Assembly: GCA_951406725.2 (NCBI GenBank) | Contig: OX597825.1 | Span: 57,846,001 to 57,910,000, forward strand | DNA: 64,000 bases | Direction of reading: 5' to 3' | Source of the DNA: Octopus vulgaris | Lineage: Eukaryota | In this document: piece after piece, positions 1 to 13,349 of the stretch | How positions within the stretch are numbered: the first letter of the stretch is position 1 | Layout: the number at the start of each line of letters is the position of its first letter | Made by a program: the position numbers and the translations under genes | Notes under the pieces: generated by a model | Told to the model about the DNA's origin: nothing | The model's database searches: none | Seen by the model: the letters and a program-made list of their open reading frames with translations, nothing else

Positions 1-340
1 AAGAGATTGACACCACCATTTTTGAATTTGTTAAATTGCCTTTTTATGTTTCCGAAAACTCACGCTATCAAGACATACATCACACATATTTTCTCTTGGA
101 CGTGTTGCTTTGTTGTTACTAAATTCGTAAAGTATGCAACGCTGAACAAGCAACGCATTATAATCCTTGACTTCTATGAGCTATAGGAGCGTATACACCT
201 ACAGTGCGTGTTCATACTAACGTTTGGTCTATCACTGTGTACGGATTGATTGATTGCGAGGACATTTTTTATTGACTTGTAAACTATTTGCGGTATAGCG
301 TCAGACCATTTGCTTGATAATTATCATTATCTTTAGGCCA

Positions 341-1020
341 CAGGGTGCGATGAATATTTTGTCGTCTAAATTACGCAAAAATGAAAATAACACTGACATC
401 TCATTTTAACAGATATATTTTCCAAAATTACATAACAATATCTTGAAATATTAGAGAGTAAATTTATTCAATAAAATTGCCATTGGCTTCAATACGGCCT
501 CCAGACAACTTAAGAATCTCCTGCAACTCTTCTAGGAGACCTCCTTGTATAAGTTGGTGAATGCTGCCATAATCCTTGCCTTCAGTTCATCTTTGGTGTT
601 ACAAGGAGTTTTGTTGATCTCTCGTTCAACTGCGTCCCACACATAATAATCAAAGGGGCTGCAATCTGGGGAGTTAGGTGGCCAGATGTTAGGGGTGATG
701 TGATCACAGAAATTGTCTGACAGCCATGACTGGGTTCTCCTGCTTATGTGGCATGGTGCAGAGTCCTGTTGCCAAACATAGGGTCTTCCAGCGGCCATCC
801 TCTTGACCCAGGGCGGCACTACTTCCTCCAGGCATTTGATGTAGGCCTCCGTGTTGAGTCTGAGGCCATATGGGAACATAAATGGGGGCATAACGTCGCC
901 ATCATTAGTGATCACACCAAACACCATGGTGTTGACTGGATATTTGGTTTTTATCACTCTCGGTACATGCTTTGGAGACACGACAAAGCAACGGTTGCTC
1001 TGTGTGTTCACCATCTGTTC
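341..1020 (-). mobile_element. Tc1/mariner DD37D (maT-type) transposon, 3' fragment with terminal CAGGGTG
   Basis: ORF 532..1014(-) has WQQDSAPCH...WPPNSPDCSPFDYYVW with 37 residues between the 2nd and 3rd catalytic D. The N-terminus is missing. A CAGGGTG terminus is at 341. Confidence 0.85.
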
Positions 1021-1479
1021 GTATTCGAGTTGCCGGCACGAATGTCAAGCAGTACAGCATATCGTTTCCAAATTTCTGGCAGAGTGAATTGCGTCATGGT
1101 GCTTTTTTTCTCACATACAGTGCCCATCTGACCCTCCAATACTGTGCGCATGTAAGAAATATTTCTCTACCTACTTTAGGAACGTATGAAATATAACGTG
1201 AATTTAATAACAATCAATATGCTTACCTCATCTCTCTGTGGTGCGACAAAGCCCCTGTCTACTGCGTTACCAAAATATATTGTTTACGGAACTAACAAAC
1301 CGATCCCTCATTCCCCGGAGACTGCACTGTAGATGCATTAGTTTTAAATGTGAGAGAGGAGCTAACGAATGTTTTGCTATTTAGTTTCGTGGGGACGGGC
1401 TGGTTCTAGTAGGAATTTCTATCTTGCTGTGAATGTTGAGGAAACTTGTCTAGTGAGGGACTATGAAAAAATAAAAGAA

Positions 1480-1625
<146 letters not shown>

Positions 1626-2074
1626 AGTTATGCGTATATTATTGTTTGCAGTTGAATGTTATTAGGGCGTTGAAAGAATTGAGCTGTGTGGGGTGAGAGA
1701 GGAACGTGAAAGATGCAAAGGAAAATAATATGTTTGTGTGAAAATTATACATATTTATAGATATATATAAAAAGACAGGAGAGAACGAGGTGTGTGTGAG
1801 TAAACTGAAAAAAATGATAAACAGCCTTAATCGATTTTCGACCCTTGTTGAAGTCTCATCTGGGGTATCAACATCACTTGACCAATCCCAGGGAAACAAT
1901 ATGCCAATCCATCTAGCTTCAAATCTAGCTGCTCCAGTTCACTGCAGCTAGTAAATTGCAAACTATGTTTACACACATGTAAATACACACATACATTCAT
2001 ACATATATACATACATACATATATATGTACATACATATATACATATATATATATATACATACATACATACACAC

Positions 2075-2143
<69 letters not shown>

Positions 2144-2145
<2 letters not shown>

Positions 2146-2571
2146 GGGCCGGATTAAGACCCATCGAGTTCCTAATAGCTTAAAAGATTTTGGTGCCCCC
2201 ATTAAAGATTATGTTATTCAAAATATAAACAATAACAAACCATAGAATAAATTTTTATTTCTCAAAATGAAACAAAATAGTAAGAGGGAAAATAGTGTTT
2301 ATTCTTGTATACTTTCACTTTATTTATATTTGAAAAGTTTCCACCTGCTTTTTGGGGGATTGCAAAGTCTTTGATCAGATCCCTCGAAATTAATCCTAGG
2401 TAACTCATCTGCATCTATACTCAGTAGAGATAAAGGCATCCCAAATATTATTTTAGCAAGGTTAAATGATTTCTTTTGTGCCACAAACCATTTACCATTT
2501 CTGTGGTGCTCCTTCCTTCCCTTGATGCCCTAAGCACGTGCTTGTTTTGCTTAATGGTTAATCCAGCCCTG
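2144..2571 (-). mobile_element. Internally deleted hAT element
   Basis: TIRs CAGGGCCGGATTAA / TTAATCCAGCCCTG and 8-bp TSD TATATATG (2136-2143, 2572-2579). The minus-strand remnant SLLSIDADELPRINFE..LIKDFAI resembles an hAT C-terminal dimerization region. Confidence 0.85.
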
Positions 2572-3138
2572 TATATATGTATATATAATTATTCATCTCT
2601 GTCCATGTAAGCATAAGCAGTATCATTTAGATCTGTCTACTGAGGCTTAACTTTTAATGAATTCTTTTCTTGTTGATAAGCTCTATATGTCATTATCACT
2701 GAAATATTGATCTTCTGTGTCTGTCTGTATCTGCACGTGCGGATGCGTGTACATGTATGATCGCATATGTACGTGTGAGAACAGAAAACCTCTGAACAAT
2801 ACTACTACAAAGTACTTTTAAGAAAGAAACGGTTGAGAAGACTAACATTTATTTTATTACTTAAAAACAAAAACTTTCCTTTTCTTTTATGATTTTATTC
2901 TTCCTTTTCGTTTTTCAGTTCATCCTTCTACTTGACCGGTCAACTAAAATCAGACTTTGTTTTGTTTGGTTTGGTTTCTAATATCTAAATGTAACCATTA
3001 AACACGCCCAATTCGGTATAAGTATAAATTATCATTAATTCAAATGTCTACTGCAAATAACTTTGCATGATTCCAAAGAATCGCTCTTTAATGAAGCAAT
3101 CGTGAATCGGTGAAGGACACACGCCATTCTCCTTGGTC

Positions 3139-3226
<88 letters not shown>

Positions 3227-3338
3227 ATATATATATATATATACCCTCCTGTTTCCATTTCCTGAGCGCCTATTAATAATAATACTGTAATTGTTCCATT
3301 GTTGTTGTTTTTTTGTTTTCCCGTTTGGATTAAAATTA

Positions 3339-3400
<62 letters not shown>

Positions 3401-3460
3401 GTATATATATATATAAATATGTATGTATGTATGTATCTATGCATGTATTATGTATGTATG

Positions 3461-3502
<42 letters not shown>

Positions 3503-5399
3503 GCCCAAAGTTATGAAGCCGATGAACATTAATAGGGAAAAGTTCCTGTTACTTAAAAATGCCTCTCATTGCTCGTAGTCTGAAGCAGTCTCTGACAGCC
3601 AAGCTTAACTCCTGGATTTTTCGTACTATTTAGCCCCTGAATTCAGCAATCTGTTTCTATGAGCGAATGTAGGTTCTGATACTCTAAAACTAGTGCTACG
3701 GGTAACTAAAACACATCTGCCTGGGAATGTAGTTCATCTAAGAGAAGGAATCCTCTGTATTTCTTATTTGAAAGTTCCTCTGCTTTGCATTCGTATCCAC
3801 TCATAGGAAAGCCCTGCATTGGTACCAAGCAGGTTGTACTAGCCCTTGATCCTTCATTTGACAAAACTGCGATAGGAAGAGAGAGACTCACTGCATGAGT
3901 AACTGCAGTGTGTGGTGATGATGGCATGTTATTGTAAATGATCATTTGAATGCTATTGCAATTCATAAAATCGCCAATGCTGGATTTTAAAATTATACAA
4001 CGCTTAATTTCTGGTAGAATTCATGATGTATTTTACGTCTTGCTAAAATCTTAATAATTATTTTTCTCGTTTTTATGGAAATCTGTATAAAATTGAAGTG
4101 TTGTCAACCAATGTTGCCGGGTTTTTCCTATCCAATATTAATTTTGTATACCATTTTATAATGGGTTCTTGATGTAAATGCATGATCAGTGGACGAGAAA
4201 ATGTGTATATGCTGTGATAGTTCAAGTCCTAAAGTTTATTACTTTCATGTTTACATTGAAGTTTGTAGATTACTTTGGTTGTCTGTGTTGTATATCAAAT
4301 TGGCTGCACATGTGTACATTGAACATTCTTTGCTTTGCTAGTTTGTCGTGCCTCGTTAATAAAAAGATTTTTCATTTTAGATTTTTTTCTATTACATTCT
4401 AACATTGTGTTTGTTGTTAGGCTTGATAAATGTTGTGTTCTGCTCTGTTTATTTTTTAAATACTATATTCATCCTTCTTATAGCATAAGATGTGGGGCTT
4501 GTGTGTTTGATGCATATAACATAGGATGTGTGGTGTTTGTGTAGTTTTTAGTGTCGTTTCTGTCATGTCAATGTGGATGAATTTGTTCCTAGACTACTAA
4601 TTCATTGGAGTATTCGTTATTAAGAAATGTTTATAAATCATTTTTAAGGGTGAATCTTGAAGTGAATGCATCTATAGATGATATATAGTATAATGAGCCA
4701 ATAGCTCTCGATTAGAGAAAGATGATCCTTTTTCATCCAAAATGATTTTTTAACCCACTGCAATGTTACACGCTATCATTTATAACTATTACTTCAAGAC
4801 TTACACTTTAAAAAGTAATTTATTTTACATCTCAAAACTTCAACATTTTCATCATGCAAACTAATGCCTGTTTTACACATAAAATTTGTTTATTTAAAGT
4901 TTCTTTAAAAGCATTTATTTGAGGAGTTTTGCGTCTGTTTGTACCGAGGCAGTTCTATGTACTGTTCTATTCCTTATACAGTCCATAGAATAAGACTGGA
5001 TATAAAGAGACTAGTTGACAGTCCTATGGTTTATACATTATATGGAATTTTTATTAATAGGAAAAACAAACCAACAGTTTACACAATGATACGTAATACG
5101 TAAAAAGAAACGAATTCTACCTAAATTTAATCGTTGTATAATTATTTTAATGTGACATTAATGATTTTATCAAATATAACAGTATTCTGGCGGTCTCTTA
5201 CGACATACTGCAAAGCACGCAAACAACACGCATGCTTTGCAGTATTATTATTACGATCGCTTCATTCAGATGATGAGTTACGCAGGGACGTAACGTTATT
5301 GGATTATTAAATTCGGAATGTTTTTGTTCCACACGAGATAAAGTACAAATAAAAAGATACGAAAACTCCTTAATACAAAATATTGTTTTCAAATTTTGG

Positions 5400-5592
5400 C
5401 ACAGAACCGGTAATTCCGGGGTAGGGGGTATGTCCATTACATCGACCCCAGTTCTCAACTGACACTTATTTCGTCGACCTCGATAGGATGAAAGGCAAAG
5501 TTGATCTCGGCAGAATTTCAACTCAGAACATTAAGACATACGAAAGACTGCTAAGTATTTTGCCCGGTGCGCTAGCGATTCTACCAGCTCAC
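5400..5592 (-). mobile_element. SINE group B copy (degenerate)
   Basis: Reverse complement of the GAGCTGG(C/T)AGAATCG..TTCTGAGTTCAAATT..TTTGCCTTTCATCC..AAGTACCAG family seen at 8640, 14910 and 34397. Confidence 0.75.
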
Positions 5593-5715
5593 TGCCTTTC
5601 TTTAATACAAAATATTAATATCGAACGTTGTTGTATCTTTAATGACATGCTTGAAAATAAAGCCGTTACTGTTTATTCACATGTGCGTAAGTGTGCAAAC
5701 ATACACAGTTATTAT

Positions 5716-6058
5716 TGGCTGTATGGGAAGAAGCTTGTTTGCCAACCACATGGTTCGGGGTTAAGTCCCACTGCGCCGACCAATACTTAGTGAGTGGATT
5801 TGATGGACGGAAACTGAAAGAAGCCCGTTCTATAAATATGTGTGTATGTGTGTGTTTCTCTGTCTGTGTATGTGTGCCTTCGTGTGTATGTGGCTCCCCC
5901 ACCACACTTGACAACCAGTGCTGGTGTGTTTACATTCCCGTAACGTAGCGTTTCGGCAAAAGAGACTGAGAAAAACCGTACCAGACTTACAAAAACTAAA
6001 TACTGGTGTCGATACATTCGATTTAGAAGTTTAATGACTGAAACAAGTAAAAAGGTTA
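5716..6058 (+). mobile_element. SINE group A copy (degenerate)
   Basis: Matches the family seen near-intact at 23505-23910 and 27039-27428. Confidence 0.8.
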
Positions 6059-6105
6059 AAAAAAGAAACGTGTGTGTGTATGTATGTATATAAATATACA
6101 CACAT

Positions 6106-6177
<72 letters not shown>

Positions 6178-6253
6178 CATATATACATATCTTCACATAT
6201 GTATATAAATATATGTATATATATATATATATATGTGTGTGTATATATATATT

Positions 6254-6291
<38 letters not shown>

Positions 6292-6364
6292 CACACATAT
6301 CTATAATATATATTTGCATACACGCGCATACACACACGCACGTATGTGTGTGTGTGCATACACA

Positions 6365-6411
6365 CTGCCAACATGGAAGGCGGACGTTAAACGATAATGA
6401 TGATGATGATA

Positions 6412-6457
<46 letters not shown>
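6365..6457 (+). mobile_element. Retroposon 3' tail ending in (GAT)n
   Basis: TGCCAACATGGAAGGCGGACGTTAAACGAT(GAT)n. A related tail lies on the minus strand at 48229-48385. Confidence 0.55.
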
Positions 6458-6458
<1 letters not shown>

Positions 6459-7142
6459 ATATACCTATACACACCCGTATATATTTTTATTATATATTTG
6501 TATGTATATATATATATATATGCATTTATATATATATGTACGGGTGTGTGTGTGAGCGCGCGCGCGCCAGTATGTCAATAGTCGTCTGTTGCAGTTTTCT
6601 ACGTACCTTTCTCTATAACTCTAACACTACATGAAGTTATTACATACAGCTTGTAAGAACTGAGTCGGCATCTTAGCACAAACACATGCGCAGAATTCTT
6701 TGTTCTTTATGTCATAGTAAACCTGCCAGCTCACACACACACAAGCAACATACTCAAATATATATCCATACACACATATGCAATCATATATATATATATA
6801 CATACATAAATACAAAATATTATTATTTCCACACACAATTATACGTTTGAATACAAAATATTATTATTTATTTCCTGTCAAACTAAACTCTCGCCAGCTT
6901 CTTCTAGTACATCTTATGAAAGGTGAATGACTGAGCAAAAAGTTAGTTGGGTTAAAAGTACTTCTAATAGTGTTGCTACAGTTTGGTAGTAAATACTGAA
7001 ACAAAACAAAGCACTTTTCTTTATGTACTAGGGTAACCCAGGGTTACATGTGGGTGCCTAGAATCAAAATATGTGGGTGTTTCGTGGAAGTGGAGTGTCT
7101 TTCCAAATTGTTGTTCTATATTTGTCATTGCTTCATAATGCA

Positions 7143-7447
7143 GTGGAGGCACATGGCCTAGTGGTTAGAGCAGCGGACTCGCGGTCGAGGGATCGCGGGT
7201 TCGAATCTCAGATCGGGCGATGTGTATGTTTATGAGCGAAACACCTAAGCTCAACGCGGCTCCGGCAGAAGGTAATGGCGAACTTCTGCTGATTCTTTCG
7301 CCACAATTTTCTCTCTCTCTTACCTCCTGCATCTTGCAGCTCCTGCGATGAACCGGCGTCCCATCCCGGTGGGGAACCTATACGCCAATGAAACCAGGAA
7401 ACCGGTCCATTATGAGCCAGGTATGGCTTGAGAAGGAACAAACAAAA
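7143..7447 (+). mobile_element. SINE group C, tRNA-derived
   Basis: A box TGGCCTAGTGG, B box GGTTCGAATC, (CAAA)n tail, and TSD CATAATGC at 7134-7141 and 7448-7455. Confidence 0.85.
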
Positions 7448-8311
7448 CATAATGCTAATTATTAATCAATGCGTCTATTGTTGTTGCTACAAGTGAAGTA
7501 CTGGAGACTAATACTCTCCCTCTCAAAATTGCTGGCCTTGTACGAGGGAGGTAGATTCCTAGTCTGAGATACGACGTGCAACGACACGTTCCCCGGCTCC
7601 AGCCTTGCTACATCGGCTGAAAACCCGGTCGTCGCCACCTGTAACGCGAAGGAGAGAAAAATCAATAATTACTATGAGTTTGTGTCGGTCGTCGTCGAGA
7701 CGTCGGACCCCTTGCTACCGATTTCCTCCGCTACCTCCACCTCTCTTTTTCTTTTCCTTTTTCATCTATCTTCTTCTTTGTATTTTAAATGTTATAATTT
7801 AAAATTTAAGTTAGCTGATCCTCTTTTAAGCACGCATCTGTAAATTGGAGAACAAACAAGCGTTGGGCTCGTACTCTTGTTGGTCGAACAGATCCTGGAT
7901 TTGTGAGGTTCTGTGATTGGTTCTACTATAATAAGAGAAATTCATCAGAGATGTGTTCACATATTTCGCATATTATGTAATTCCTTTCTTGTTATTTCAT
8001 TTCCCCCATCGCCTCTCCCTTTCGCTTCCTTCATCTTCTTTGTATGCAAACACCGACACAAATTACGAACTATCTTTATACTATGCAACTGGGGCAAAAG
8101 AAATCATCATAACCACCATCGTCGTCGTCGTCGTCATCATCATCATCATCATATTATCATTATTATTACTGTATTTATTTTTATCACCATTACCTGTTGC
8201 AGCAGTCTCAGAGTTAACACTTCATTGTCTTTTTCATTCTTTGACTCTTATTTGCTGTTACTACATCGTATTAGTAATGGTACTAAAATAGGATCGGCTG
8301 CCAAGTGTATG

Positions 8312-8374
<63 letters not shown>

Positions 8375-8449
8375 TGCGTATGTGTGTGTGTATGTATGCG
8401 TTTGTGCATGTATATGTATACACCTATATCAGCACATCTATTATTGCGA

Positions 8450-8620
8450 TTCTTCTTCTTCTTCTTCTTCTTCTTCTTCTTCTTCTTCTTCTTCTTCTTC
8501 TTCTTCTTCTTCTTCTTCTTCTTCTTCTTCTTCTTCTTCTTCTTCTTCTTCTTCTTCTTCTTCTTCTTCTTCTTCTTCTTCTTCTTCTTCTTCTTCTTCT
8601 TCTTCTTCTTCTTCTTCTTC
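8450..8620. repeat. (CTT)n trinucleotide tract
   Basis: Direct observation. It is the source of the poly-F/L/S/K pseudo-ORFs. Confidence 0.98.
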
Positions 8621-8639
8621 CTCCTCGTATTATTATTGT

Positions 8640-8877
<238 letters not shown>

Positions 8878-8926
8878 ATTGTTGTTGTTGTTGTTGTTGT
8901 TGTTATTATTATTGTTGTTGTTGTTG

Positions 8927-8967
<41 letters not shown>

Positions 8968-8968
8968 T

Positions 8969-9956
8969 AATCTGCATGTTTGTTACAATTACTTGCTGAG
9001 ACAAATTCAACGTCCTAGGGTGAGTGAAGGGTAAGAGATACTACAGTATGACTGAAAACTTGGGGAGGGGAAAATGACAGGGACAGTAGCGAAACCTCTT
9101 CATGTAATACAACACAGACATTTAAATTGATAGGGATTTTCTAAGGCTATAGGCTGTACTTGTCAGCACATTCTTTTGGATTTCTCTGAGATATGGTTCT
9201 CCTGGGATATTATCTAGATGTTTTTGACATACCTTTCCTATCATACCTAGGGTACCCATAACAATAGGAACAGTTCTCGCTTTAAGATGCCACTTCTTTT
9301 GTACTTCAATTTGCAGGTCCTTATATTTACTTATTCTGTTGTGTTTGGGGAGAGTCATTTTCTTTTTGTGCCTTATTATTTAACACACTCACCGGTAAAA
9401 TTTCCACTTTTTTCTTATTTTTCTTTTCCTAAAATTTTCGTTGCGTCTTGCAACCTTTTCAATAGTCTTGACTCTGAAGGCTTTTGAGAGTCAAGACTAT
9501 TGAAAAGGTTGCAAGACGCAACGAAAATTTTAGGAAAAGAAAAATAAGAAAAAAGTGGAAATTTTATCGGTGAGTGTGTTAAATAATAAGGCACAAAAAG
9601 AAAATGACTCCCCAGACACAACAGAATATACTTCAACACACGAACTCATATAAAGAATCTTGCAAACCAAATCCCAAAAAGAAATATATTTACTTAATTT
9701 GTCAAATTCCTTTACAGATATATTTTTATCAGTAGGAACACTTACATCTATTAGTCTACAAGTATTTTCTCCTCTGTCTTTAATGACTATGTCTGGTCGA
9801 TTAGCCTGGATCGTTCTGTCGAATATACCCGGAGGATCTGGATCTACCCAGATGATTGTGACATTTTTACTTTCAACGACTGGCTCAAGATGATGTTCAT
9901 ACCAGTAAGCAGGAGTTTTGATTTATTAGTGTTTATATATTTTCCAATGTAAATAC

Positions 9957-9957
<1 letters not shown>
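8969..9957 (-). mobile_element. 5'-truncated R4/Dong-like non-LTR retrotransposon (REL endonuclease end), interrupted at 9334-9684
   Basis: The minus strand encodes RPDIVIKD...CRLIDVSVP...KEFDKLSK / KYKDLQIE..W..VPIVMGTLG, a PD-(D/E)xK REL motif. (TAA)n tracts flank both sides. Confidence 0.8.
9334..9684. mobile_element. Palindromic Penelope-like terminal module with 12-bp TSD
   Basis: About 140-bp inverted arms (9334-9475, 9487-9626). The direct repeat TATATTTACTTA is at 9322-9333 and 9685-9696. Confidence 0.7.
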
Positions 9958-9993
<36 letters not shown>

Positions 9994-9994
<1 letters not shown>

Positions 9995-10325
9995 GTGAAA
10001 GCGCATGGCTCAGTGGTTAGAGCATCAAACTTACGGTTGGGAGTTCGAATCCCGGACCGGGCTGCGTGTTGTGTTCTTGAGCAAGACACTTTATTTCACG
10101 TTGCTCTAGTTTACTCAGTTGTAGAAATGAGTTGCGACGTCACTGTTGCCAAGCTGTATCGGTCTTTGCCTTTCCCTTGGATAACATCGGTGGCGTGGAG
10201 AGGGGAGGCTGATAAGTATGGGCGACTACTGGTCTTCCATAAGCAAACTTGCTCGGATTTGTGCCTCGGAGGGTAACTTTCTAGGTGCAATCCCATGGTC
10301 ATTCGTGACCGAAAGGGGTCTCCGA
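9994..10325 (+). mobile_element. SINE group C variant
   Basis: tRNA-like head (TGGCTCAGTGGTTAGAGC..GTTCGAATCCC) and central TGTGTTCTTGAGCAAGACACTT, embedded in (TAT)n. Confidence 0.8.
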
Positions 10326-10391
<66 letters not shown>

Positions 10392-10442
10392 TTTATCATC
10401 ATCATCATCATCATCACCACCACCACCACCACCACCACCACC

Positions 10443-10510
<68 letters not shown>

Positions 10511-11148
10511 TATTATTATTATTATTATCATCATAGGCAGCGAGCTGGCAGAATCGTTAGCACACTGGACGAAATGCTTAGCGGTACTTCGCCCGTCGCT
10601 GCGTTCTGAGTTCAAATCCCTCCTTTTATCCTTTCGGGGTCGATAAATCAAGTACCATCTGGGGTTATTATTGCGGCGAGCTGAGAGAATCGTTAGCACG
10701 CCGGATAAAATACTTATCAGCATTTCTTCTGGTATTACTTTTGGAGTTCAAATTCCCCCGAGGTCCGCTTTGCCTTTCTTCCTTTCAGGGTCGATAAGAT
10801 AAATACTAATCAAGTACTGGGTATCGACGTAACCGGTTTACTCCGTCCCCCGAAATTTCGGTAAGTTTTATTATTACTTTTTGCTCTCAATTTTTGCGTT
10901 TTCGAAAATAAGGAACAAATAAATGAGAGAATGAATGAAATAACGAGACAATGATAGGATGAGAGAGATGGGGAGAAAGGTAAGGAGGGAGGGAGAGAGG
11001 AGAGGGGGAGAGAGAGAGGAGAGAGGGGGAGAGAGAGAAATGATATCATACATCGTTCATGAGCCTTCTATCTGTGAATCCTTCCGCTTGCTTGAGGATA
11101 TGATGTAATTCTTTGGAATCTAGAAGGTGTGAAAGAGAAGGAGAGAGA

Positions 11149-11179
<31 letters not shown>

Positions 11180-11194
11180 AAAAGAGAGAGGGAC

Positions 11195-11227
<33 letters not shown>

Positions 11228-11602
11228 GACTGAGAGAAAGGGTGAAACAAGCAGAGAGAGAAATAGAGATGGATAGATTGAGACAGAGAGGAGTGGGTAC
11301 TTGCAATTCATTGGGAGAAATAGTTGAACACCAAATACAATATCTGGCAATGCTTTGTTATTCCTTGCATTTTTAAGGTCAAATACTTGTTCTGTTATGC
11401 GACTTATGCAGTCTCATTTAGTTCTCTTCAAGTACTACAAAGCCTTCGAAACTTGTGGGCGGGAAAGAAGAAGGGAAAGAGGAAAGTATCTGCAAACCAA
11501 ACACCGAGCCTAAATACTTGCAACAAAGACACCCAAGAAGCCTAAATGCTGCGCAACAGATACCCAAGGGGTGCCAAGAGGTTGTGTTAAACCGGACTAC
11601 GG

Positions 11603-11651
11603 ATTAACCCTGACACCCATGTACCCATTAACCCTGACACCCATGTACCCC
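11603..11651. repeat. 24-bp tandem duplication
   Basis: ATTAACCCTGACACCCATGTACCC occurs twice. Confidence 0.9.
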
Positions 11652-12837
11652 ATGACAGAATTTGAACTCGGAATGCAAAGAGCCGGGACAAACAAATACC
11701 ATAGGTCTTTCATCGGAAACCCTAACAATTCCATCGATTTCTTGTCTTGGAATGATACATTTTTATCGACCCGCGAAAAAATGAAAGCAACGTTTGTCTT
11801 GGTTAGATTTGAACTTTGAGCGCTGAATTCCAAAACAAATACCCTGACACATTTTATCCAATGCCCAAAGTACTAAGCTACAAATGTTCCTTAAGTGAAC
11901 AGGAAATGAAAAATCGATTTCTGATGACGCTTTAATAAACACTGAAACTAATCAAGTTGGTATCTTTTCTCTGCTCGCTGATAGTAAAGCATATAGTTTA
12001 ATTACGATGTCTACCTTTTAAAACAAACTTACAATCCTTAAATTTTGACCGAGTTTCTGAGATAAAGAATTATCATTTATTGTTCACAGGAATATTCAGA
12101 CTCGTGTTCTCATCTTTGTTATTAGTTACACCGTCTACATTGTTCTACCCTTAGAGCTATTCTGGCGCCTTTGTATTAGTAAGTTTTTTGAATTTTCAAT
12201 CTGAGTCCTTTATTATCAGTTAGCCTTGTCTGTTTTCCTTATCTCAGTTCCGTACTCTTTTTCATTCTTTTCTTTTTGCTTGTCTCTGATTTTATACATC
12301 GGTTATCTTACTTAACCTTATTTCTTTGGTTCAAAATACTCATCTCGATAATACTACATATCTGCTGTACTTGTAACACCATAAGTAGTTTTATACTTCC
12401 TCTTTTACTATCTACAGCAATCTGGCGCCACTATTTACACATATATTTCCATTCTTACATATTTCATATTTTCTACAATTTTTACATAGCTTAGCAGTTC
12501 ATAATTTTATCTCTGTGTTATATTGTCCTTTGGAAACTTTTGTTAGATTTATCTTCCTTTTTATCAGAACCTCTGAGTAAACATATATAGACACCTACAT
12601 ATAGATACACACACAATTACACTGACACTCACAACTTTTGTAAATGATAAAATATCATATATACGTGTTTGTCCGTCTTATATACACACTCGCACACTCA
12701 CACACACCATTCTCGTATCATTAAATTCGTTGGGATCACCATCACAGTTAATATTATCTCCCTTTCATTCAGCCATACCGAACTGTTGAACTCTGCACAG
12801 TTTTTCTCTCACCGTTTTTTTTCCTTTTTTTCCTTTT

Positions 12838-12965
12838 AATTCTTCCTGTCGAAGAGCGTAGGCTCGATACATAAAAGACTTTTCCATTTATCCCGAGCAT
12901 TAAACTAATACACCTGCTTGTTGTTCCTACACCTGTCTTCATCTTTTGTTTTCTGTAAATTTGAA
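12838..12965 (+). mobile_element. Penelope-like terminal module, family P1
   Basis: Same sequence family as 13345-13480(-), 26639-26833(+), 53006-53082(-) and 56760-56950(+). It contains GAAGAGCGTAGGCTCGA and ends at (TA)n. Confidence 0.65.
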
Positions 12966-13176
12966 ATGTATAAATATATATATATATATATATATACTTA
13001 ATAAATAGGGTTCAGCAAAGATTTGCTTTACCACATACCGAAGTTTAGAAATAGCAGCCAAAAAACGTTAGCTATTTCTTCTACTTTAAAAAGGGGCTCC
13101 CAGAAAAACCAAAATACTTGAAAAGAATCACACAGGCAGAGAGAAAAAGTAACGAAAATCAATCAATATCTGGTCA

Positions 13177-13259
13177 CCTATGGACGCGCGTTTCGGAATT
13201 AGGTTGGAATAAAGAATATATAATTATACTTTACCAACCGTTTTCCTCTTCAGCATAGG
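13177..13259 (-). ncRNA. Type I hammerhead ribozyme, canonical core
   Basis: Minus strand: CCUAUG-CUGAAGA-[GGAA..GGUUGG..CCAACC..UUCC]-GAAA-CGCGCG-UC-CAUAGG. Stem I is a perfect 6 bp, all core nucleotides are present, and the cleavage triplet is GUC. Confidence 0.88.
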
Positions 13260-13312
13260 ACCCCAAAATTCGAAGGTACTGGAATAATTGAACATATCTC
13301 TCTACCTAACGG

Positions 13313-13344
<32 letters not shown>

Positions 13345-13349
<5 letters not shown>

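Noticed and set aside
3706-3966. 86-aa minus-strand ORF in unique sequence
   Set aside because: No recognisable domain or convincing splice sites, so it cannot be supported.
7143-7215. tRNA-like sequence (also at 59188, 9994 and 14259)
   Set aside because: Each continues into a SINE body with a tail, most with a TSD, and no acceptor stem is evident. These are SINE heads, not tRNA genes.
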